Shown here: piece by piece, positions 56,312 to 64,000 of the stretch
How the letters are laid out: every line of letters starts with the position of its first letter
Numbering within the stretch: position 1 is the first letter of the stretch
From: Eubacteriales bacterium
Lineage (GTDB): Bacteria > Bacillota > Clostridia > Oscillospirales > CAG-272
Direction: 5' to 3'
Length of the DNA stretch: 64,000 bases
NCBI GenBank assembly: GCA_045632305.1
Contig: JAZQWL010000033.1
Coordinates: forward strand, 194 to 64,193
Position numbers and translations under genes: made by a program
Notes under the pieces: generated by a model
The model's database searches: none
What the model was told of the DNA's origin: nothing
The model's input: only the letters and a program-made list of their open reading frames with translations

Positions 56312-59044
56312 ATGAAAGCAAAACATTTACGTATCGTTTCTCTGTTGCTTGTCATCTTTATGCTTCTATCACTTACACTGACAGCATGCAACAAAGCGGA
56401 CGGCGACACTAATGGCGAGGACGCTACAACCAAAGGCGCAAATGCCGACGGCACACCCACAACGGATCAAAGCTCCGACAAAGACCCCGATGAGGAAGCT
56501 ACAACGGGCGGTTGGACAGTTCCCGAGGGAGAATACACCATTCCCATGGAGGACGGCTACAATCAGATCACATTCTATTGGTCACACCCCGGTGTTATCG
56601 AAAACTGCGACATCTGGGCTTGGTGGGACGGTAAGGAAGGCAGCGGCTACGTTATGCATCCGTGTGAATACGGCGCAAAGGTAGTACTCAATATCCCCGA
56701 GGGAATTGAGCAGATCGGATTTATCGTTCGTACAAACTGCTCCGAGCCGGGCGGCTCCTCATGGGGAGAGGCAACCAAGGACGCCACAAGTGAAGACAGA
56801 TTTGCCGTTATCGAAGGAAAAGAAACCTTCATTTATTTAAAGAGCGGCGACGCGGCGCAATACACAAGTAACGACGGAGGCAAGACGCTTACCATGATAA
56901 AGAAATTTACGCTTGCCGGAATGAGAGACTTCCACAGCATTCAGTACAATATCACGCCCAAGACCGCTATTACAAAATATAGCCAGGTAAAGGTGTTCGA
57001 GGGCGACCGTGAGCTTACGGTCCTCAGCATCACAAATATGGGCAAGGAAGCTACGAGCGGTATCATCGAGGTTGAAGAAACCCTCGATATCGGTAAGAAC
57101 TACCGAGTTGAGATCGAGGGCTACGGCGAAAAGCCCGTTGTTCCCACATCCATCTTCGACAGTGAAGAATTTATAAGCAAATACACGTATGACGGCGACG
57201 ATCTCGGTGCGGTTATCAACGGAAGCAATACGACCTTCAAGGTTTGGGCTCCCACGGCCTCCAAGGTAGTCCTCAATCTCTTCACCGCAGGTAACGGCGG
57301 CGAAGCATACAAGAGAGTTGATATGACACTTGGCGAGCGCGGTGTATGGTCGCATACAGAAGCTTGCGGTCACGGAACGTATTACACCTACACAGTAACA
57401 ACCTCCGTAGGCACACAGGAAGCGGTTGACCCCTACGCAAAGGCAGCAGGGCTTAACGGTAACCGAGGCATGGTTGTAGACCTCTCCCGCACAAATCCGA
57501 CGGGCTGGGGCGCAGACTTCTCTACGGGTATTGACAGCTACTCCGACGCAATCATCTGGGAAGTGCACGTTCGTGACTTCTCCAACAAGATCGCATCCTC
57601 ACAGTACAAGGGCAAATATCTCGCATTCACAGAGCGAGGACTTGTAAACGAGTTCGGTCAGAGCGTTGGCGTTGACTATCTCGTTAAGCTTGGCATTACA
57701 CACGTTCACCTCCTCCCCGTTTACGATTACGCAACGGTTGACGAGGCAAATCCCGACAGTCAGTTCAACTGGGGCTACGATCCCAAGAACTACAACGTTC
57801 CCGAGGGTAGCTATTCCACAGACCCCTTCAACGGTGAAGTGAGAATCAGAGAATACAAGGAAATGGTAAAGGCGCTCCACGAGGCGGGTATCGGTGTTGT
57901 AATGGACGTTGTATACAACCACACTTATGACGCAAACAGCTCCTTTAACAAGATAGTTCCCTACTACTATTACAGATACACCGCTACGGGTGCTAACTCC
58001 TCTGCATCGGGTTGCGGTAACGATACTGCATCCGAAAGATACATGTACGGTAAGTTCATGGTTGACTCCGTAAAGTATTGGGCAGAGGAATACGATCTCG
58101 ACGGCTTCCGCTTCGACCTTATGGGACTCCACGACCTTGCAACTATGCAGAAGGTTGAAAATGCAGTACATGCGGTAAATCCTGAAGCCATTATCTACGG
58201 TGAGGGCTGGACAATGGGCTCAACGATCGACGGAAGCCCCATGGCTAACCAGTCGCAGATAAGCAAGATCAAGCCGCTTGAGGGCTCTATCGGTGGTATC
58301 GCGGTATTCAACGACGCGATCCGCGACGGTCTTAAGGGCAGCGTATTCACCTCTACCTCCAAGGGCTATATAAGCGGTAACGGCGCGGGATCCTACCCGA
58401 ACGTTCTCTTCGGCATCAAGGGCGGTATGGGCACAGGCCCCGCATGGACAGTTAATAATTCCATGGTAGTCAACTACATGAGCGCGCACGATAACAACAC
58501 CCTTTGGGATAAGCTCCTTCTCTCCAACCCTGACAATACGGTTGAAGAACGACTCGCCATGAACCGTCTTGGCGCAACGATCCTTTTGATCTCCAAGGGT
58601 ACAGTATTCTTCCAGGCGGGCGAAGAAATGCTCCGCACAAAGGACGGCGACGAAAACAGCTACAAGTCGAGCGACGCTATCAACAATATCGACTGGTCGG
58701 TATTGAAGGAAGGCGCAAACGAATACGAAATGATGCTCTACTACCGCGAGCTTATCCGCGTAAGAAATACGTATGATATTTTCACAACGGTAAGCACCGC
58801 AGTTACCTCCAAGGATCTTGGCGAAGGTAAGGCGGCAATCACGATCGATAACCACGCAGGCAAGAAGGCACTCGTTATCTCCAATCCTACGGATGAAGCG
58901 ATCACGTATACACTCACGGGTGATTGGACGATGGTTATCAACGGCGTAAGCGTTATGGACGAATATACAGCTTGCTCGGGCGAGATCACAATTCCCGCTT
59001 GCAGCGCAGTTGTTCTTCTCAACGCGAAAGCTCTCAACGGTTAA
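56312..59044 (+). CDS. pulA: Type I pullulanase lipoprotein (GH13 with N-terminal pullulanase-associated/CBM modules)
   Basis: 910 aa with a lipobox LSLTLTAC and a Trp-rich N-terminal module (CDIWAWWDGKEG). GH13 regions are VMDVVYNHT, GFRFDLMG, YGEGW and YMSAHDN. Confidence 0.9.
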   Translation: MKAKHLRIVSLLLVIFMLLSLTLTACNKADGDTNGEDATTKGANADGTPTTDQSSDKDPDEEATTGGWTVPEGEYTIPMEDGYNQITFYWSHPGVIENCDIWAWWDGKEGSGYVMHPCEYGAKVVLNIPEGIEQIGFIVRTNCSEPGGSSWGEATKDATSEDRFAVIEGKETFIYLKSGDAAQYTSNDGGKTLTMIKKFTLAGMRDFHSIQYNITPKTAITKYSQVKVFEGDRELTVLSITNMGKEATSGIIEVEETLDIGKNYRVEIEGYGEKPVVPTSIFDSEEFISKYTYDGDDLGAVINGSNTTFKVWAPTASKVVLNLFTAGNGGEAYKRVDMTLGERGVWSHTEACGHGTYYTYTVTTSVGTQEAVDPYAKAAGLNGNRGMVVDLSRTNPTGWGADFSTGIDSYSDAIIWEVHVRDFSNKIASSQYKGKYLAFTERGLVNEFGQSVGVDYLVKLGITHVHLLPVYDYATVDEANPDSQFNWGYDPKNYNVPEGSYSTDPFNGEVRIREYKEMVKALHEAGIGVVMDVVYNHTYDANSSFNKIVPYYYYRYTATGANSSASGCGNDTASERYMYGKFMVDSVKYWAEEYDLDGFRFDLMGLHDLATMQKVENAVHAVNPEAIIYGEGWTMGSTIDGSPMANQSQISKIKPLEGSIGGIAVFNDAIRDGLKGSVFTSTSKGYISGNGAGSYPNVLFGIKGGMGTGPAWTVNNSMVVNYMSAHDNNTLWDKLLLSNPDNTVEERLAMNRLGATILLISKGTVFFQAGEEMLRTKDGDENSYKSSDAINNIDWSVLKEGANEYEMMLYYRELIRVRNTYDIFTTVSTAVTSKDLGEGKAAITIDNHAGKKALVISNPTDEAITYTLTGDWTMVINGVSVMDEYTACSGEITIPACSAVVLLNAKALNG

Positions 59045-59052
59045 TATAATCG

Positions 59053-59089
59053 AAAAACACCCCGTCGGCATGACCGACGGGGTGTTTTT
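59053..59089. terminator. Bidirectional terminator between pulA and the 5'-nucleotidase gene
   Basis: 12-bp stem acaccccgtcgg/ccgacggggtgt flanked by A5 and T5. A second hairpin (aagcttccc...gggaagctt) lies at 59097-59130. Confidence 0.85.
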
Positions 59090-59137
59090 ATAAATCAAGC
59101 TTCCCTTCGCATATATGCGTCGGGAAGCTTTTCCTTT

Positions 59138-61069
59138 TTATTCAACTATAAGCTCGGCTTCCGCCTGCTTTTTAGCTTTCTTTTTTCTTGTGTGCTTAAC
59201 AACTCCGCGAACTGCAAATACAACGCCTACGATAACGCCGTTAACCAGCACGATCGCAACAACGGTAAATACGTTAATGTTCTTTAAAAGCTTTATAGGA
59301 TTTATACTGGAATAAACGACCTTTCGTCCGTCAACCTCCGCGTATTTTTCATCCATCTCGCCGCCCATGGCGTTAAGATAATCAGAAATTGCGAACCATT
59401 CCTTCAAGGGCTTGCCGTCCTCGTCCTTGATAACGTGATTTACAAGCTCGTCGGTCGCAATAGGATTGCCATTTTCATCTCGGGGAGTAATTGAAATAAG
59501 TCCCATAGACGTTTCCTCAACCGATCCTAACATCTGTCCCATATACATTCCCGCAACGACGAAATAAAGCTTTTCGTTATCTATCTTACTGAGCGTTCCG
59601 TCCTCATTACGAAGTCTTGCATAGTCAACCTTGTTGAAAATCATTCTGTTGGTGTTGAACGAATATTCAACACCCGACATAAAGAGCTGCGCAGATGTCA
59701 TAAGCGGCTGAATTGACGCGTCAAGCTCAATTGCATTCTTCAAATCCTTGCCCGTAAGGTAAATACCGATAAGCTCGCCCTCGGTTCCAACACCCAGGGA
59801 CGCCGCATTGAATACGTCGGAAACCGTCACCTTTCCCAAAGGAAGACTACCGCGAATAACGCCAGAAGCTGTGATCGCTACGTCGACGTGCTTGCCTGTA
59901 TTCTTTTCTACCGCCCATTTATATGCGTCAGAGAAGATATTGCAAAGCGTGGATTCGTGCTGTGTAGCATAGACCTCATCCACCGTATCAAAGACATAAG
60001 GGTTATTTACAAGCACCTGATCAAAGGTGAGCCCATATTTTGAAAGATAATCTCTCTCGACATCCGCCTTGTATCCCTCAACAAGCGCCGCGATTTCGGG
60101 ATCGTCAGGTATGCTTTCGTTAATGGGAATAAGCTCGTAATCTGTAAGAGATACGCCCATACCATCAAATTTAAGCTTCAGAACACCGAGATTTCTGCCA
60201 TACTCCGCAGCAGACACAATAAGCGTTCCGTTGACCTTGATGGGCTCCTCAAGTGTGGTATGCGTATGTCCCGACACGATAACATCAATGCCGTCAACCT
60301 CCTTTGCGAGCTCATAGTCCTCGCCCTCTCCGTCCTCGGTTCCCGCATGAGATAAGCAAACTACGACGGGATGCGCGCCATAACGGCTCTCACAATCCGC
60401 AACCGCCGCGCTCACCGTTCTCCTTGCAGCATCTGCCATAGCCTCAAATTTCATTCCCGAATTCGGAGCGCAATCATCGGAATCAACACCGAAAACGCCA
60501 AAAATAACGTAATATGTACCGCCCCGCTCAATGATCGTGTAATCCTTTACTCCGTAATCGTTGTATGCAGCCCAAAGCTCCGCGTCATATCCTTCCTGCC
60601 CTTCTCTTGGCGGAAGATAATTTGAGCAAACGATCTCAGGTAAGCGTTCTCCGCTTGCAACAGCGGCATTCAGCATTGATTTAAGACCGCTCTGGAGATA
60701 ATCGAACTCGTGATTTCCGAAGGTCGTTACATCAAAGCCCATCTTTCCCATCAGGCGAAGCTCAAGAGCCGAGGTCGCATACGCGGTCTGGAAAAGCGAG
60801 CCCATAGAAAAGTCGCCACCATCAACCAGAATCGCATCGTGGTCAATTGCCTTCTGCGCCTTGATTGCCGTCATAAGACGCGCGTAGCCACCGTATTCTC
60901 CCTCGCCCGTTTCATTGGCGGAAGGAAGAAAATGCGAATGCAGATCGTGTGTAAAAAGAATCGTAATGTCGCTATCCTGCTGCGGCTTTGATGCCGCAGG
61001 AATTACGATAAACACAGAGCAAATCAAAAGGACTGCAACTATCAAGCAAGAAATACGCTTAAATTTCAT
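59138..61069 (-). CDS. Secreted bifunctional metallophosphatase/5'-nucleotidase (UshA-like) with a C-terminal membrane anchor
   Basis: 643 aa with a signal peptide and metallophosphoesterase motifs THDLHSH, GGDFSMGS, GNHEFD and GHTH. It has a 5'-nucleotidase C-domain and a C-terminal TM helix plus a KHTRKKKAKK tail. Confidence 0.85.
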   Translation of the reverse strand: MKFKRISCLIVAVLLICSVFIVIPAASKPQQDSDITILFTHDLHSHFLPSANETGEGEYGGYARLMTAIKAQKAIDHDAILVDGGDFSMGSLFQTAYATSALELRLMGKMGFDVTTFGNHEFDYLQSGLKSMLNAAVASGERLPEIVCSNYLPPREGQEGYDAELWAAYNDYGVKDYTIIERGGTYYVIFGVFGVDSDDCAPNSGMKFEAMADAARRTVSAAVADCESRYGAHPVVVCLSHAGTEDGEGEDYELAKEVDGIDVIVSGHTHTTLEEPIKVNGTLIVSAAEYGRNLGVLKLKFDGMGVSLTDYELIPINESIPDDPEIAALVEGYKADVERDYLSKYGLTFDQVLVNNPYVFDTVDEVYATQHESTLCNIFSDAYKWAVEKNTGKHVDVAITASGVIRGSLPLGKVTVSDVFNAASLGVGTEGELIGIYLTGKDLKNAIELDASIQPLMTSAQLFMSGVEYSFNTNRMIFNKVDYARLRNEDGTLSKIDNEKLYFVVAGMYMGQMLGSVEETSMGLISITPRDENGNPIATDELVNHVIKDEDGKPLKEWFAISDYLNAMGGEMDEKYAEVDGRKVVYSSINPIKLLKNINVFTVVAIVLVNGVIVGVVFAVRGVVKHTRKKKAKKQAEAELIVE

Positions 61070-61086
61070 AATATTTCCCTTTCTTT

Positions 61087-62631
61087 TTATAAAACTTCGG
61101 AAGCAAGCTTTTCCACTTCAAGTCCGGCTTTGTATTTTTCGATAAACACAGCAAAGGATCTTAATTCCTCGTCACTTGCAGATACCGTTGACTTATCAGC
61201 AGAAGCAAAAATGCCATCAAGGAATTTCTCAAGGTTATCGCAACCGCTATAAGCAAACAGAGCAAGCACCGCAATACCCCAAGCGCCGCCCTCACCCGCG
61301 TTCTTCATAACCGTTACGGGCGCGCCGATAGCCGCAGACATAGCGGACTGACCGACGAAGGGAGATTTGAAGAAGCCGCCGTGACCGTAAACACTATCGA
61401 TCTTCACGTCCTCGCGTGAAAGCAGCTCGCAACCGAGTGCCAACGAGCCGAGCGCGGAATAAATGTGCATTTTCATAAAATTAGCTAAAGTGAGCTTTCC
61501 CGAAGGAGCTCTCGAAATCAGAGGAATTCCATTCGGGACTCCGACGATCGGTTCACCTGCAAGGAAATTATATCCCATAAGACCGCCAATATCGTCATCC
61601 GCTTCAATAGATTTCGCATAAAGCAGATCAAAGAGCTTTCCACGATTGATTTCTCCGCCCGCCAGCGTTATTACCTCATCGAAAAGATTTGTCCACGCGG
61701 TAATTTCAGAGGCAAAGTTATTTACGTGCACCATCGCTACGGGAGATCCGTGAGGTGTGGTAACGATGTCGATCTCCTTGTAATAGGTTGAGAGGGGCTT
61801 CTCCAAAACTACCATAAGAAACGCCGACGTGCCTGCGGAAATATTTGCGCCACGGGGCGTTATGCTGTTGGTCGCAACCATACCCGTTCCCGCGTCGCCC
61901 TCGGGAGGACACATCATGCAGCCCGCCTTAAGCGTTCCCGTAGGATCAAGCCACAAAGCTCCCGTCTCGGTAAGCGCGCCCGCATCCTCGCCCGCAGAAA
62001 GAACCGTTGGGAGAATATTCTCGACGCAGGTATCTATTCCCCTTTCTCTTAATAACGCGTTGAACTTTTCTATCATTTCGTCATCGTACGTCTTGCCGCT
62101 TATCGGGAACATTCCCGAAGCGTCGCCAATACCGAGCACCTTCCTGCCCGTAAGGCGGTAATGAACGTAACCCGCAAGAGTAGTTAAGAACGCTACGTCC
62201 TTTACGTGAGACGCCCCATCCATAACGGACTGATAATACTGCGCGATGCTCCAACGCATAGGGAGATTAAATTTGAAGATTTCCGTAAGCTTATCAGCTG
62301 CCGCCTCGGCATTTGTGTTTCTCCAGGTTCTGAACGGTGCGAGCAATCTGTCATCCTTATCAAACGCAAGGTAGCCGTGCATCATAGCGGAAATTCCGAG
62401 CGAGGAAACCTCACACAATGGCTCGCCGAATTTTTCTCTGTAATCGTGGGAAAGAGCCGCAAAGCTTGACTGAAGACCGCACTCAACCTCTTCAAGCGAA
62501 TACGACCACAAACCGTCGACAAGTGAATTTTCCCACTCGTATCCACCCTGAGCTAAAACGCGCGCATTTTCGTCTATGAGTACCGCCTTGATTCTCGTCG
62601 AGCCAAGCTCGATGCCTAAAAATTTGTTCAT
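61087..62631 (-). CDS. FGGY-family carbohydrate kinase (xylulokinase-like)
   Basis: 514 aa with the N-terminal ASKHA phosphate-1 motif LGIELGSTRIKAVLID and FGGY C-domain features. The substrate cannot be called from sequence. Confidence 0.7.
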   Translation of the reverse strand: MNKFLGIELGSTRIKAVLIDENARVLAQGGYEWENSLVDGLWSYSLEEVECGLQSSFAALSHDYREKFGEPLCEVSSLGISAMMHGYLAFDKDDRLLAPFRTWRNTNAEAAADKLTEIFKFNLPMRWSIAQYYQSVMDGASHVKDVAFLTTLAGYVHYRLTGRKVLGIGDASGMFPISGKTYDDEMIEKFNALLRERGIDTCVENILPTVLSAGEDAGALTETGALWLDPTGTLKAGCMMCPPEGDAGTGMVATNSITPRGANISAGTSAFLMVVLEKPLSTYYKEIDIVTTPHGSPVAMVHVNNFASEITAWTNLFDEVITLAGGEINRGKLFDLLYAKSIEADDDIGGLMGYNFLAGEPIVGVPNGIPLISRAPSGKLTLANFMKMHIYSALGSLALGCELLSREDVKIDSVYGHGGFFKSPFVGQSAMSAAIGAPVTVMKNAGEGGAWGIAVLALFAYSGCDNLEKFLDGIFASADKSTVSASDEELRSFAVFIEKYKAGLEVEKLASEVL

Positions 62632-62715
62632 AAGTTCCCTCCCGAATATTTATCTACGTTCATTTTAACATAAATCAGCCAAGTAGTCAAGTTTTTTATG
62701 CAATATGCATTCAAG

Positions 62716-62750
62716 CAAAAAGAACGAGGCAGTATGCCCCGTTCTGTTTT
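62716..62750 (-). terminator. Rho-independent terminator after the YD-repeat lipoprotein gene
   Basis: Stem agaacgaggc/gccccgttct (one mismatch) followed by a U5 tract on the minus strand. Confidence 0.65.
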
Positions 62751-62757
62751 AGTGCGT

Positions 62758-63873
62758 TCAACGCAATCTTGTATAATAATTCAAATCAAATATTTCCATG
62801 ATTTCCTCACTTAATTCGAAAGGAATATATACCTTCTTATATTCAACTGTAACAGTTTCAACCTTTCCTTGGGAATCTGTATAAATCCTTTTGATTACGT
62901 TTCCGTACTCATCGTATTCATATTCATATTCATATCCGCCACCTTTGCCGTCTCTATACGTATACTTTGTTGTGTTGCCGTATCTGTCGTACTTGTACTC
63001 GCTAATATGACGTTGGGAATAATCCTCACCATAATTCTTAGTATTTACTATCATTATCAAATTCCCGTTAAAATCATACGTATATTCGGTGACGTCCATT
63101 TTACCGTCCTGCTTATAAACCTCTTTTATCAAATTACCTTTACCGTCATAAGCATACTCGTAATCACTTACGATGACATCTCCCTCATTATTCTTATAAT
63201 GGCTATGGATCACCTTTCCCTTTGAATCATAAGTGTTCTCCGTAACACTGCTATATCGAGCTCCTATTGTATTAGTATGCTTGATCACATTGCCGTTTTC
63301 ATCATAAACGTAGTAGTCTTTATTATCAGAAGTTTCAGACGATCTGGATTCAAAAACAAGCTGATTGTTACTGTTATAGCCGTATTCATGAACATACGCT
63401 TCAGATTTTCCTTGAAAATGAGTTTCCTTTATCACATTTCCAAAGTCATCATATTCATATTCAAATGAATAATAAACTCTTGATCCGTTGGAATAGGTCT
63501 TCTTAATTAAGCGGTTGTCATCATCATAAAAAAACTGCTCAATAATGCAATGTCCGCCCTCATAAGTCAATACGTACTTTTCAGGAAGATTCTGCTCGTT
63601 ATAAAATATTTCGTCCGTATGGCTTATTTTTTCCGGAACGGGTGAATAAAGCTCATCAACCGCAACGCCGTTACTTAATTCGGACTTTTTATCACTGTAC
63701 GTTACCGTAACCTTGACGGGTACATAATAAGTAAACTCGTCTTTTTCCTTCATCTTTTCGACTGAATCTCCGTTGAGATCATTTTCCACGTTCTCATCGG
63801 GATTTACCGTGTCGCAAGAAGCAAAACATAACAACGTGCAAAACGCTAAAAGTATGCATAAAAATTTTTTCAT
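62758..63873 (-). CDS. Small YD/RHS-repeat lipoprotein
   Basis: The ATG at 63873 follows GGAGGTG. It has a lipobox LLCFASC and at least 7 YD repeats (YEYDDFGNVIKE, YVYDENGNVIKH, YAYDGKGNLIKE, YTYDFNGNLIM, YKYDRYGNTTKY, YEYDEYGNVIKR). No C-terminal toxin or core domain is visible. Confidence 0.7.
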   Translation of the reverse strand: MKKFLCILLAFCTLLCFASCDTVNPDENVENDLNGDSVEKMKEKDEFTYYVPVKVTVTYSDKKSELSNGVAVDELYSPVPEKISHTDEIFYNEQNLPEKYVLTYEGGHCIIEQFFYDDDNRLIKKTYSNGSRVYYSFEYEYDDFGNVIKETHFQGKSEAYVHEYGYNSNNQLVFESRSSETSDNKDYYVYDENGNVIKHTNTIGARYSSVTENTYDSKGKVIHSHYKNNEGDVIVSDYEYAYDGKGNLIKEVYKQDGKMDVTEYTYDFNGNLIMIVNTKNYGEDYSQRHISEYKYDRYGNTTKYTYRDGKGGGYEYEYEYDEYGNVIKRIYTDSQGKVETVTVEYKKVYIPFELSEEIMEIFDLNYYTRLR

Positions 63874-63911
63874 ACCGCACCTCCGCAAAATCTATTCTTT
63901 ATCCTATAATT

Positions 63912-63940
63912 ATTTTACCACAAATTTAAAAATGTGTCAA
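63912..63940 (-). promoter_or_regulatory. Putative promoter of the YD-repeat lipoprotein gene
   Basis: Minus strand reads TTGACA, 17 nt, TGgTAAAAT. Confidence 0.5.
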
Positions 63941-64000
63941 GTAATGCAAAAAGCACCCCGAAGGGTGCTTTTAAATTTAGTATTATTTCAAAAAATCTTC

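Noticed and set aside
56837-59098. Three minus-strand ORFs of 243, 190 and 292 aa inside pulA.
   Set aside because: All are codon-aligned shadows of the pullulanase gene (offsets of 525, 1287 and 1908 nt). pulA carries all four GH13 motifs on the plus strand.

Overview
This looks like a chromosomal segment of a low-to-moderate GC, spore-forming Firmicute, probably Clostridia-like. That assignment is an inference from the L27 propeptide with Prp protease, a CwlD-type amidase, glgBCDAP gene order, GGAGG ribosome-binding sites and near-consensus SigA promoters. I can support about 50 protein genes and one tRNA-Lys(UUU). The content is mostly core: rpsF-ssb-rpsR; rplU-prp-rpmA; and one long minus-strand glycogen operon (glgB-glgC-glgD-glgA-glgP-GH13-FolC-like-pgi). 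Next come holB-ricT, a ferredoxin gene missing from the ORF track, and two tRNA-modification genes. These are followed by a bile-salt-hydrolase-family gene, ligA, rsmI, pflBA, GH78, GH3 and mscL. A 15-kb Gram-positive starch/maltodextrin utilisation locus covers 43.9-59.0 kb. It encodes a MalEFG-type ABC transporter, an unusually long MalK-like ATPase, amylase and pullulanase lipoproteins, MalQ, a LacI-type regulator and an uncharacterised multi-module lipoprotein. I saw no transposase, integrase, CRISPR array, restriction-modification or recognisable defence genes, and no convincing novel multi-gene system. The best leads are: (1) a FolC/Mur-ligase-like protein with all catalytic motifs apparently lost, embedded in the glycogen operon; (2) four copies of the tRNA-Lys 3' end, including two 105-bp units at 104/105 identity, which resemble stacked att-site scars; (3) a 1159-aa membrane-anchored endonuclease-I-family surface protein with duplicated modules and tandem PT-linker repeats; (4) the 595-aa lipoprotein that leads the maltodextrin operon, and the MalK paralog with about 250 extra C-terminal residues. 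Most long antisense ORFs in the supplied track are codon-aligned shadow ORFs caused by strong avoidance of TTA/CTA/TCA codons.
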